Assembly (NCBI GenBank): GCA_036504135.1
Contig: DASXVP010000001.1
Location: 26,216-90,215 of the forward strand
Origin: Paludibaculum sp.
GTDB taxonomy: Bacteria; Acidobacteriota; Terriglobia; Bryobacterales; Bryobacteraceae
Direction: 5' to 3'
Length of the DNA stretch: 64,000 nucleotides
The notes under the pieces: model-generated
What the model was told of the DNA's origin: nothing
Databases searched by the model: none
What the model saw: the letters and a program-made list of their open reading frames with translations, nothing else
Program-made: the position numbers and the translations under genes
Shown: in pieces, positions 11,301-19,820 of the stretch
Numbering within the stretch: position 1 is the stretch's first letter
How the letters are laid out: each line of letters begins with the position of its first letter

Positions 11301-11976
11301 TCGATTGCACCGAAAACTCCTGCACCGCGTCCACGATCGGCACATACGCCACGTTGTTCGTACCGGCCTGTCCGTTGTTCGGCGCGCCGTCCATCATGAA
11401 CTCGTTATTGGACTGGCGTCCGCCATTCACCGACCATTCGGCGATGGCGCCATTGTCAAACGGGCGCTGCCAGATGGCCGCTCCGCGGAACGTTACGCCC
11501 GACATCATCGCGCCGAGCATAAACGGATTGCGCGAGTTGAGCGGAAGCTCCGATACCTGCTGCTGGTTGACCACCGCGCCGCGGCTTGCCGTCTGCGTTT
11601 CCAGCAGCGCGGCTTCCGCTGTGACGTTGATCGAATCCGTCACCGCACCGACCTCAAGCGTGATGTCGATGCCAGCGATCTGACCAACCTGCAGCGTCAG
11701 GTTTTCGCGATTGTATTGTTTAAACCCGGCCGCGACTACGCTCAGTTTGTAGCCGCCCGGCCGCAGGAACGGCACCGAGTAGGAACCGGACGAGTCAGTC
11801 GTTGCCGTATTGCTTTCATTGTTCGCCACATTGGTGGCCTGCACTTTCGCACCTGGGACAGCACCACCGCTCGCATCGTAAACGTGACCCGAGATGGTGG
11901 CGCGGAATTCTTGTGCCGGCGCCAACGAGGCGACCAGACACAGCAGAGCTAGCACTAACACCAGTCTTGCTTTCAT
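8380..11976 (-). CDS. TonB-dependent receptor with N-terminal carboxypeptidase-regulatory-like domain
   Basis: ATG at 11976 is preceded by AGGGGG (the ORF-track start at 11991 is TTG). Signal peptide, then ISGHVYDASGGAVPGAKV...SGSYSVPFLRPGGYKLSV. About 1200 aa, ending ...IGVKAFW. Confidence 0.88.
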   Translation of the reverse strand: MKARLVLVLALLCLVASLAPAQEFRATISGHVYDASGGAVPGAKVQATNVANNESNTATTDSSGSYSVPFLRPGGYKLSVVAAGFKQYNRENLTLQVGQIAGIDITLEVGAVTDSINVTAEAALLETQTASRGAVVNQQQVSELPLNSRNPFMLGAMMSGVTFRGAAIWQRPFDNGAIAEWSVNGGRQSNNEFMMDGAPNNGQAGTNNVAYVPIVDAVQEFSVQSNSYDAAYGKTGGGVFNVVLKSGTNDFHATGWEFLRRKWLDANTFQGNAVGAKRADHLLDQYGFQLEGPLYFPKLLTKSSKTKLFYLGSFENYREKTPNPLTNSYPEPEMRTGDFSKLKNAANAPITIYDPTSYTLDANNNPIRNPFAGNIIPGSRINPVAKNVTTYMPLPNRATAPGLQYSTNNFLIPDYVNNDKFYNLILKFDFNFGDKHRAFFRHASNDRTEDRAVNGIDNKPGTDGQQPFQRINDAYVIDWVGSLTPTLVANIRGSYNRFIETGRGQANAGFDLTSLGLPSALVKSIPGPAYFGRWDTVGYASLGRDQGINITNNYNIMGSVTKIAGAHTLKFGVDLRRIHYITQNSGHILRFRSDKNWTQKIFNQGDTTSGDGYATFLLGTPTTHGDSSSNYPLYPFFRQWYFAPYVQDDWKISRRLTLNLGLRWDFNQAPDEKYNRMNRGFNAAVANPLAKMFSPDTLALYPQLANLTGGFNFAGVNGNPTIAGDNVWKNWQPRAGMAYQMADKAVLRGGWGLYYMNPNNNYQQTAGFATNTPLVNSIDGDRTPLANVLSNPYPTGVSVPTGASAGALTFAGRNNNWFNPTFWTPYVHQFSVGVQYMVSSSATLDVSYVGSRTIGANSERNYNIPSLAFRKTCNLAEGGSPTYCDAQIPNPFKGLAPFINTGFYTANTVSRFQMARPFPQFNGDLLEQGRNDSNIWYNSAQVNYNQRVGKGLNLLGNYTFSKMVERWGFNDAYANVQQQGLYFNDRPHILKLTAVYELPFGKGHSIGGNAGGFANRLISGWQFSTYYNNSSGEPADLPGNVIQLKDPKTPGGDFSGNIDWKAHQVRAWNPCVARQFNDGSVVMQPYSVQKGCGTDISNAAWLMTAGYAPRYTPSRSGQVRKHHAFTMDASLNKMTNITERLKVQFRLEAFNLFNHNYYGRDTFTTDPNNSNFGTQFPNLASNQNIFPRQIQIGVKAFW

Positions 11977-12052
11977 TGAGACCCCCTGCAATCTTCAGAA
12001 CAAAGTCCACTAGCGACGAGGGTAGGGACTTCGGGGATAATATCACAAGCAC

Positions 12053-13672
12053 ATGACAAAGTGGAGCCCAGTTGTAATCGCTTACGCCTCCCTGCTCGCG
12101 TTCGCGCAGCAGCCATTCGTCCCGATGCCAGCCGGTATTGACGTCGTCTTGAGAAACTCATCCACGGTAGAGAAGCACCAGCCCGAAACCATGCCCGGCG
12201 GCGTCGCCATCCTCGATTACGACAACGACGGCAAACCCGACCTCTTCTTCGTCAATGGCGCCGCCCAACCATCCCTCAAAAAGCCCAATGAACAGTGGCA
12301 CAATCGCCTCTACCGCAATCTCGGCAATTGGAAGTTCGAAGACGTCACCGCCCACGCCGGCCTGAGTGGAGAAGGCTACGGCATGGGCGCCGCCGCCGCC
12401 GATTTCGATAACGACGGCTTTGCCGATCTCCTCGTCACCTCCCTCGGAGCCAGCCGCCTTTACCGCAATCGCGGCGACGGCACCTTTCAGGACGTCACGG
12501 CAAAGAGTGGCATCCCGCCAACGCCTTGGCCAATATCAGCTGGCTGGTTTGACTACGATAACGATGGATATTTGGATGTTTTCATTGTCAATTACTGCCG
12601 CTGGAACCCCCTCACCGAGCCCTCCTGCGGCGACCTCAAGGCCGGCTACCGCACCTACTGCCATCCCAGATACTACGAGGGCCTCCCCAACACCCTCCTC
12701 CACAACAACGGCGACGGCACCTTCACCGACGTCTCCGCCGCCTCCGGCATCGCCGCCAAGATCGGCAAAGGCATGGCCGTCGCCTTCGCCGATTACAACC
12801 TCGACGGCCGCCCCGATATCTTCGTCACCAACGACACCACACCCAACTTCCTCTTCCGCAACGAGGGCAACGGCCGCTTCACCGAGGTCGCCCTCACCGC
12901 CGGCGTCGCCATCGCCGACGACGGCAAGACTCTCTCCTCCATGGGCACAGATTTCAAAGACATCGACAACGACGGCCGCCCCGATCTCTTCCTCACCGCC
13001 CTCGCCAACGAGACCTTCCCCTACTACCGCAACCTTGGCAACGGCCTTTTCGAAGACCGCACCTACCGCAGCCGCATCGGCGCCGCTTCCCTCCCCCACA
13101 GCGGCTGGGGCCTCGGCGTCTTCGATTTCGACAACGACGGCTGGAAGGATATCTTCACCGCCAACGGCGACGTCCAGGACAACACCGAGCTCTTCTCCAG
13201 CCGCGCGTCAAAACAGCAAAATCAGATGTTCCTCAACAACGCCAACGGCACGTTCTCATCCACACTCTTCGGAGAGCCCGCCCAGCACCGCGGAGCCGCC
13301 TTTGCCGATCTCGACGGCGACGGCCGCATCGATGCCGTGGTGACCCGCCTCGGCGCCCCGCCCATCCTCCTCCGCAACATGCTGGGCCAGGGCAACCACT
13401 GGCTCGCCATCAATCTCAAGGGCAGCAAAAGCAATCGCGACGGCCTCGGCGCCCGCATCCGCATCGTCGCCGCCGGCAAGGCGCAGTACTGGCAGGTCTC
13501 CACCGCCGTCGGCTATCTCAGTTCCAGCGAGAAGACCGCCCGCTTCGGCCTCGCCAAGTCCACCACCGTGGAGCTCATCGAGATCACCTGGCCCTCAGGC
13601 CACACCCAGGTTCTGAAAGACGTCCCCGCCGATCAGATCCTTACGGTCGAGGAGCCGCCAGCCGCGCCCTGA
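12053..13672 (+). CDS. CRTAC1-family FG-GAP / ASPIC-UnbV protein
   Basis: 539 aa ORF with signal peptide, DYDNDGKPD, DFDNDGFAD, DYDNDGYLD, DIDNDGRPD, DFDNDGWKD and DLDGDGRID repeats. C-terminal SNRDGLGARIRI...ITWPSG. Confidence 0.85.
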   Translation: MTKWSPVVIAYASLLAFAQQPFVPMPAGIDVVLRNSSTVEKHQPETMPGGVAILDYDNDGKPDLFFVNGAAQPSLKKPNEQWHNRLYRNLGNWKFEDVTAHAGLSGEGYGMGAAAADFDNDGFADLLVTSLGASRLYRNRGDGTFQDVTAKSGIPPTPWPISAGWFDYDNDGYLDVFIVNYCRWNPLTEPSCGDLKAGYRTYCHPRYYEGLPNTLLHNNGDGTFTDVSAASGIAAKIGKGMAVAFADYNLDGRPDIFVTNDTTPNFLFRNEGNGRFTEVALTAGVAIADDGKTLSSMGTDFKDIDNDGRPDLFLTALANETFPYYRNLGNGLFEDRTYRSRIGAASLPHSGWGLGVFDFDNDGWKDIFTANGDVQDNTELFSSRASKQQNQMFLNNANGTFSSTLFGEPAQHRGAAFADLDGDGRIDAVVTRLGAPPILLRNMLGQGNHWLAINLKGSKSNRDGLGARIRIVAAGKAQYWQVSTAVGYLSSSEKTARFGLAKSTTVELIEITWPSGHTQVLKDVPADQILTVEEPPAAP

Positions 13673-14219
13673 GCTTGCTCAGCAGCAGCCGCGCCGCCTC
13701 GTGCGCCGGAGCCCGCTCCAACTCACGCACCGCTTCCGCCAGCCGGTCGCACTGCGACAAAGCCAGCCCCAGCTCATAGCGAGCCTCAGCAGATTCCGGC
13801 GTCTGCGCCGCCTCCAGCACCGTCACCGCCTCGCCCGCCCGCCCCTGCCGCACCAGGAACAACCCATACGCCAGCCGCGCCCCCTGCGCGAATCCGTCCC
13901 CGCGCCCCACCGCCGCGCGGAACATCCGCTCCGCCTCCGTCGCTTCCCCCAGCGCCTCATGACACTGCCCGATTGCTGCCTCCGCCCGCCCCTTCACGGA
14001 ATCCACCGCCAGCGCCGTCCGCAGCGGCGTCAGCGCGGCCCGGTATTGATCCGCCGCATACAGGGCGCGCCCATGGTAGTAACAGGCGTCCAGCAGCTTC
14101 GGATCCAACCCGCACGCCCGCCCAAACGGCTCCGCGGCGCCGCGATAATCCCCCTGCTTCGCCAGCCCGACACCGATCTCCTTCCAGTGCTGAGCGCTGC
14201 CCTCCGGAGGAGCCAACAA
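13641..14219 (-). CDS. TPR-repeat protein
   Basis: 192 aa Ala/Leu/Gly/Arg-rich ORF with repeated 34-residue-like units. The track start is TTG inside a hydrophobic stretch. An in-frame CTG at 14252 would give a signal-peptide-like MRALELLIALLLLAPPEGSAQ. Confidence 0.6.
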   Translation of the reverse strand: MLAPPEGSAQHWKEIGVGLAKQGDYRGAAEPFGRACGLDPKLLDACYYHGRALYAADQYRAALTPLRTALAVDSVKGRAEAAIGQCHEALGEATEAERMFRAAVGRGDGFAQGARLAYGLFLVRQGRAGEAVTVLEAAQTPESAEARYELGLALSQCDRLAEAVRELERAPAHEAARLLLSKLRARLAAPRP

Positions 14220-14253
14220 CAGTAGTGCGATCAGGAGTTCCAGAGCCCTCAGT

Positions 14254-15507
14254 TTACTCCGTCCGTAGCGCCTCCGACGGATCCAGTCGCGCCGCCCGCA
14301 CTGCCGGAATCAGCCCGCTGCACACCCCCACCACCAACAGCACCACCGACGAGATCAGCACCGTCTGCACCTGCACCCGCAGCACCAAATCACCCTGGCC
14401 CGACTTGTCATCAAACAACGCGCTCAGCATCGGCATCGGCGGGATGATCCACGTCACAAAATAGCTCAGCGCCACCCCCACCACTCCCCCCGCGAACGTG
14501 ATTAACAGCGCCTCCGCCAGAAACTGCATCGCAATGTGCCACCGCTTCGCCCCCAGCGCCCGCCTCAGCCCGATCTCCCGCGTCCGCTCATTCACCGATA
14601 CCAGCAAGATGTTCATCAGCCCGATCCCGCCAATCGCCAGCGTCAGCATCCCGATGAACAACAGCAGCATCTGCAAGCCAACCGTCAACCCGTCGATGAT
14701 CGGCCTCATGTTCGACGTCCCAAACCCCGTCACCGCCCGTTTGTCCGACGCCGGATACCCAAACCGCTTCGCCATCGCCGCCCGGAACTGCTCCTCCGCT
14801 TTCAGTTCGAAAATCGGCGCCACCGGCAGGATCACCGCCGTCGACGGATACCGCGTATTCCACAAATCGCCAGCCGAAGAGTAGGGCAGAAATGCCGAGC
14901 GGTCATCCGGCCCAAAGTAGTTCCCGAACGACAGTTTCTTATCCATCACCCCGATCACTAGAAACCGCACGCCCTGGATCGTCACCGTCTCGCCAATCGC
15001 CGGCCGCCCCGAAAACAGCTTCTCCTTCGTCCACTCCCCCAGAAAGACCACACGCCGTCTCTCCCCGTAATCCTCCGGCGAGAGCCACCGCCCCTCCTTC
15101 GCCACCTCGCTCCGGATCTCGCCATACTCCACGCAAACGCCGCGCACAATAATCGTCGCCGTCCGCTCCTGATACGACATCGGCAGCCGCCGGATCGTCT
15201 CAGGGCAGATCTTCCTAATTAGTGGCGATTCCGCCTGCGCCGCCACCAGATCCTCCAGCTCAAACCGGATCCGCCGCCCCGCCCGCTCGCCGCCCGCCTG
15301 CGCGCTCGTCTGCCCCGGGAACATGATCACTGCCGTCTTCGCAAAGTTGTTGAACGTCCGCATCATCAGCCCGCGGAATCCCGAGCCATACGCCATCAGC
15401 AGCGTCACCGCCGCTATGCCCCACACGATCCCCAGCATCGTCAGCAGACTCCGCGTCGGGCTCCGGCGCAGTGCGTCCCACGCCTGCAAGAGGATCTCTT
15501 TCAGCAT
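14254..15507 (-). CDS. ABC transporter permease, MacB/FtsX type, no fused ATPase
   Basis: 417 aa ORF with an N-terminal TM, a large extracytoplasmic domain and a C-terminal FtsX module carrying REIGLRRALGA. Confidence 0.88.
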   Translation of the reverse strand: MLKEILLQAWDALRRSPTRSLLTMLGIVWGIAAVTLLMAYGSGFRGLMMRTFNNFAKTAVIMFPGQTSAQAGGERAGRRIRFELEDLVAAQAESPLIRKICPETIRRLPMSYQERTATIIVRGVCVEYGEIRSEVAKEGRWLSPEDYGERRRVVFLGEWTKEKLFSGRPAIGETVTIQGVRFLVIGVMDKKLSFGNYFGPDDRSAFLPYSSAGDLWNTRYPSTAVILPVAPIFELKAEEQFRAAMAKRFGYPASDKRAVTGFGTSNMRPIIDGLTVGLQMLLLFIGMLTLAIGGIGLMNILLVSVNERTREIGLRRALGAKRWHIAMQFLAEALLITFAGGVVGVALSYFVTWIIPPMPMLSALFDDKSGQGDLVLRVQVQTVLISSVVLLVVGVCSGLIPAVRAARLDPSEALRTE

Positions 15508-15526
15508 CCGGCCCCCGCCACGGAAT

Positions 15527-15685
15527 GACCGCTCCCTGACGGTCGCGGCTCGGTAACACCACCCATGTCCACGCCGCCCATGCCCACGCCACCCATTTCC
15601 ACGCCGCCCATTTCCACGCCGCCCATTTCCACGCCGCCCGTTTCCACGCCGCCCGTTTCCGAGCCGCGACCGTTAGGGAGCGGTC
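15527..15685. repeat. MITE/REP-like unit: 27-nt inverted arms flanking seven 15-bp tandem repeats
   Basis: GACCGCTCCCTGACGGTCGCGGCTCGG (15527-15553) is 26/27 complementary to CCGAGCCGCGACCGTTAGGGAGCGGTC (15659-15685). The 105 nt between them are 7 x CCACGCCGCCCATTT-like units. Confidence 0.65.
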
Positions 15686-15706
15686 CTCCAACCTGATACC
15701 GCACCC

Positions 15707-16966
15707 TCATCCCCCCGCCTCAAACCGCAATGCCTCGATCGGATCAATCGACGCCGCCTTCCGCGCCGGATACAGCGCCGACAAAAACGCCACTGCCCCC
15801 AGCAATCCCACGCACACCGCGCCCACCTGCCACGTCGCCCACAGCCCCGCAAAAAACTGCGGCATCGGCAGCTTGTTCACAAAATGGCACACCGTGTGCG
15901 CAAACGCCATCCCCAGCCCGCCGCTCACAAATACAATAATCGCCGTCTCCAGAAAAAACATTGTCAGGATCTCGCGGCTCGTCGCCCCCACCGCCTTCCG
16001 CAACCCGATCTCCCGCGTCCGCTCCCGCACCGCCACCAGCATCACATTCATCGTCCCGATCCCGCCCAGCAGCAGCGTCACCACGCCCATCGCCCCCAGA
16101 AAGTACTTCATCCCGTCCGCCATCGTGCCAAATGCGCGGGACTCCTTCACCGTGTCCCAGATCGCCGCCGCCTCTTTGTCCTCCGGGTCAAATCCATGCA
16201 GCCGTCCTAACCCGCGCCGCACCTCGGCAATACACGCCTCATGCCGGTCCAGCGACCACGCCTTCACCAGCAACTGATCCACCGTGCCCGCCGGCAGCGG
16301 TGGCGGCTGTGGCAGATCCCGGATCATCGCCCCAAACGGAATGAATACTTTGTTCACGTCCCGCCCGTCGTAACTCGAATCTTGCTCCTTTTCCTCCATT
16401 ACCCCAATCACCTGAAACGGCCGCCCCGCAATGGTGATCGTCTGTCCCACTGCCACCCGCGCCGCAAATAGCTGCTTCCGCGCATCGCTCCCTAGAAACG
16501 CCACCCGCCGCCCGGCCCGGTCGTCCTCCCACGAGAAATACCGCCCCTCCGCCACCGGCAGATACCGCAGCCGCTGATACGGCGGTTGCGACCCGCTCAC
16601 CAGCAGTGTCGCGTTGTTGAAGTCGCTCCGCACCGCTACCGACCCGCGCGTCAATTCCGGCAGCACAAACTCGCACGAGGGACACTGCGGAGCAAGCAAT
16701 TCGTGATCGTAGATCGTCCACATCTGCCGCTTCCCCGCGCGCTCCCCGCCCGCCTGCAACGAAGTCCGGCCCGGAAACACAATCGCGATGTTTTCGCCAA
16801 ACTGCCGCGCCACCTTCGCCTGTCCCTCGCGCAGCCCGTCGCCCGCCGCCGTCATCAGCGTGATCGACACCACGCCCCACATCAGTCCAAACATGGTTAA
16901 CCCTGCCCGCATCTTGTGTGCGAGCAGGGTCTGTATGGTATCCGCGATGAGGTCGCGAAACGTCAT
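15707..16966 (-). CDS. ABC transporter permease, MacB/FtsX type, no fused ATPase
   Basis: 419 aa ORF with the same architecture as 14254-15507 and the REIGLRKAVGA motif. Confidence 0.88.
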   Translation of the reverse strand: MTFRDLIADTIQTLLAHKMRAGLTMFGLMWGVVSITLMTAAGDGLREGQAKVARQFGENIAIVFPGRTSLQAGGERAGKRQMWTIYDHELLAPQCPSCEFVLPELTRGSVAVRSDFNNATLLVSGSQPPYQRLRYLPVAEGRYFSWEDDRAGRRVAFLGSDARKQLFAARVAVGQTITIAGRPFQVIGVMEEKEQDSSYDGRDVNKVFIPFGAMIRDLPQPPPLPAGTVDQLLVKAWSLDRHEACIAEVRRGLGRLHGFDPEDKEAAAIWDTVKESRAFGTMADGMKYFLGAMGVVTLLLGGIGTMNVMLVAVRERTREIGLRKAVGATSREILTMFFLETAIIVFVSGGLGMAFAHTVCHFVNKLPMPQFFAGLWATWQVGAVCVGLLGAVAFLSALYPARKAASIDPIEALRFEAGG

Positions 16967-16969
16967 CCG

Positions 16970-18178
16970 CTATTGCAGGATCACCTTGGCGTCCTTCTCC
17001 AGTCCGGCCACCAGTTCCGTCTTCACGCCGTTCGAAATCCCCAACTTCACACCGATCTTCTTGCGGCCCTTCTCCGCCGTCGCGTCCGGCACCTCTACCG
17101 AAGCCTTCCGCTCCTTGTCGTAAACCACCGCCGCCTCCGGCACCAGCAGCACGTTCAGCTTCTCTTCCAGAATGATCTCGGCGTTAGCGCTCATGTTCGC
17201 CTTCAGCTCCCGTCCCGGATTGTGGATCGAGACCTGCACCTCAAACGTCGTCACGTTCTCCTTTTCCACCCCGTACGGCGAGATCCGGTAGACCTTGCCC
17301 TCGAACTTCCGGTCCCGAAAACTCTCCACTACAATCCGCGCCGGTTGATTGATGTAAACCTTGCCGATGTCCGCCTGGTCCACCTTGCCCCGCACAAAGA
17401 CGTCCCCGATATCCCCCAACGTGAATAGCAGAGTCGATTGCGACCCCATCACCAGAATCGAGCTCACCGCATTGCCCACTTCCACATTCCGCGACAGCAC
17501 CAGGCCGTCGATCGGGCTCACAATCGTCGAGTTCCGCAGATCCTCGTCCGCCCGCTCCAGCATCGCCGTCGCCTGCGCTACCTGCGCCTTGGCCCGCGTG
17601 ATCTCGGCCCGGCTCACCGCCAGAGTCCGCGTCGCGCTGCTCTGCTTGTTCAGCGCCATCTGATAGATCTTCTCGGCGTCTTCAACCTGCGTCTTGGCGA
17701 TCAGCCCTTCTTTATTCAATCCCTTCGCCCGCTCATACGCGGATTTCAGAAACGGCACGTCCGTCCCCTCCGCGTCCACCTTGTTCCGCTCCAGCGCCGC
17801 CACGGCCGATTCCTCCGTCGCCTGCGCCGCCTGCAGGTTCGCCTTGGATTCGCGCACCCGCGCCTGCAACTCTTCCTTATCCAATTCCGCCAGGATCTGG
17901 CCCTGCGTCACGCTATCGCCATAGTTGACGAAGATCTTCTTCACCAGCCCGCTCGCCTTCGATTTCACCTCCACCGTCGCCCGCGGCTCGATCTTGCCCG
18001 TCGCCACGACGCTTCGGGCGATGTTGCCGCGCTCCACGGAAGAGAGCTTCGAGGGATCAATCACGTTAGTCGGCTTCAGCGCCGCGCGCACCCCAAAGCC
18101 CGCGCCCGCCAGCCCAATCAGGATCACCGCCGCCCAGATCCAGCGGCGCATCGTTTTCTTTTTGCCGTTTACTGCCAT
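16970..18178 (-). CDS. efflux periplasmic adaptor subunit (HlyD/MacA family)
   Basis: Start moved to MAVNGKKKTMRRWIWAAVILIGLAG (ATG at 18178). Signal anchor, long coiled-coil region and a beta-barrel C-terminus. Confidence 0.88.
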   Translation of the reverse strand: MAVNGKKKTMRRWIWAAVILIGLAGAGFGVRAALKPTNVIDPSKLSSVERGNIARSVVATGKIEPRATVEVKSKASGLVKKIFVNYGDSVTQGQILAELDKEELQARVRESKANLQAAQATEESAVAALERNKVDAEGTDVPFLKSAYERAKGLNKEGLIAKTQVEDAEKIYQMALNKQSSATRTLAVSRAEITRAKAQVAQATAMLERADEDLRNSTIVSPIDGLVLSRNVEVGNAVSSILVMGSQSTLLFTLGDIGDVFVRGKVDQADIGKVYINQPARIVVESFRDRKFEGKVYRISPYGVEKENVTTFEVQVSIHNPGRELKANMSANAEIILEEKLNVLLVPEAAVVYDKERKASVEVPDATAEKGRKKIGVKLGISNGVKTELVAGLEKDAKVILQ

Positions 18179-18266
18179 ATGAATGACTCCAAACCCTTCA
18201 GACGTAAACCGAGCCCCGGTTGTTCGCAAAAACTCCACACGCAAATCTGGCGCTACACTACACCGT

Positions 18267-19820
18267 ATGACCATTGCCCGCTTCGCCGCGTTCCTGCCTC
18301 TGCTCGCCCTCGCCGCTCAAACCCCCAACCCCGACGTCCTCAAGCAGGCCGCCCGCGAAATGGTCGAGGGCCGCCGCACGCTCACGCAGCAGATGGTCGA
18401 TTCCATCTTCTCATTCAGCGAGCTCGGCTACCAGGAATTCGAGACCTCAAAGTACGTCACTGGCATCCTCGAAAAGAACGGCTTCCGCATTACCCGCGGC
18501 GTCGCCGGCCTCCCCACCGCATGGGTCGCCGAATACGGTAAAGGCTCGCCCGTCATCGCCTTCATCGCCGATATCGACGGCCTCCCCGAAACCTCCCAAA
18601 CCCCAGGCGTCGCCTTCCACAAGCCCCTCATCGCCAACGGCCCCGGCCATGGCGAGGGCCACAACGCCGGCCAGGCCGTCAATGTCACCGCCGCCCTCGT
18701 CGTCAAGGAATTGATGCAGCGCCACAACATCCCGGGCACCCTCCGCGTCTACCCCGGAGTCGCCGAAGAGCTCCTCGGCAGCCGAACCTGGATGGTCAAC
18801 GCCGGCCTCTTCAAAGACCTCGACGCCATGCTCTCCACCCACATCTCCTCCGATTTCGGCACCGGCTACGGCGCCATCGGCAGCGGCCTGGTTTCCGTCG
18901 AATACACCTTCACCGGCAAGAGCGCCCACTCCGCCGGTTCCCCGTGGGCCGGCCGTAGCGCCCTTGACGCCGTCGAGCTCATGGACACCGGTTGGAACTT
19001 CCGCCGCGAGCACCTCCGCACCGAGCAGCGCTCCCACTACGTCATCACGCACGGCGGCGATCAACCCAACGTCGTCCCCCCGCTCGCCAAGGTCTGGTAC
19101 TACTTCCGCGAGTGGGACTATCAGCGCATCCAGGACCTCCATAATCTCGGCTCCCAGATCGCCAAGGGCGCCACCCTCATGACCGATACCGAGGTCACCG
19201 AGCGCGTCCTCGGCGCCGCCTGGCCCGGCCACTTCAACAAGCCCATGGCCGAGGCCCTCACCGCCAACATCACCAAGGTCGGCATGCCCCAGTGGTCCCA
19301 CGCCGATCAGGCCCTCGCCAAAGCAGCCCAGGCCGAACTAAAAGCCGAGCAGTCCGGCCTGAAAACCACCCCCACCGCGCTCGTGCCGCCCGATCAGACA
19401 CCCCGCATGTACGGCTCCGACGACATCGCCGAGGTCGCCTGGAACGTCCCCACCGTCGTTCTCCGCTTCCCCGCCAACATCCCCGGCATGATCGGCCACC
19501 ACTGGTCCTCCGGCATCGCCATGGCCACCCCCATCGCCCACAAGGGCTCCACCGCCGGCGCCATCGCCCACGCCATGACCGCCCTCGATCTCCTCCTCAA
19601 ACCCGAGCTCCTCACCGCCGCCAAAGCCTACTTCGACGAGCAGACCAAATCCACCAAATGGCAGTCCCTCGTCCCCGCCGGCAACCCGCCCCCCATCTAC
19701 CTCAATAAGGAGAAGATGGAGCGAGTCCGCCCCGAGCTCGAAAAGCTCTACTTCAACCCCGCCAAATACGCCACCTACCTGGAACAACTCGGCGTGCAAT
19801 ACCCCACCGTGAAACAATGA
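18267..19820 (+). CDS. M20D-type amidohydrolase (AbgB-like)
   Basis: Start at MTIARFAAFLPLLALAAQ (signal peptide). SELGYQEFETS...IADIDGLPE...GHGEGHNAG motifs. Confidence 0.82.
   Translation: MTIARFAAFLPLLALAAQTPNPDVLKQAAREMVEGRRTLTQQMVDSIFSFSELGYQEFETSKYVTGILEKNGFRITRGVAGLPTAWVAEYGKGSPVIAFIADIDGLPETSQTPGVAFHKPLIANGPGHGEGHNAGQAVNVTAALVVKELMQRHNIPGTLRVYPGVAEELLGSRTWMVNAGLFKDLDAMLSTHISSDFGTGYGAIGSGLVSVEYTFTGKSAHSAGSPWAGRSALDAVELMDTGWNFRREHLRTEQRSHYVITHGGDQPNVVPPLAKVWYYFREWDYQRIQDLHNLGSQIAKGATLMTDTEVTERVLGAAWPGHFNKPMAEALTANITKVGMPQWSHADQALAKAAQAELKAEQSGLKTTPTALVPPDQTPRMYGSDDIAEVAWNVPTVVLRFPANIPGMIGHHWSSGIAMATPIAHKGSTAGAIAHAMTALDLLLKPELLTAAKAYFDEQTKSTKWQSLVPAGNPPPIYLNKEKMERVRPELEKLYFNPAKYATYLEQLGVQYPTVKQ

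Noticed and set aside
15554-15658. Possible CRISPR array.
   Set aside because: The units are 15 bp, directly abutting with no unique spacers, and no cas genes are present in the window.
15501-15710. 69-aa ORF translating the 15-bp repeats as (GGVEM)n.
   Set aside because: It is entirely made of the tandem array plus the REP-like arms, and it has no ribosome-binding site or recognisable domain. I treat it as a non-coding repeat.
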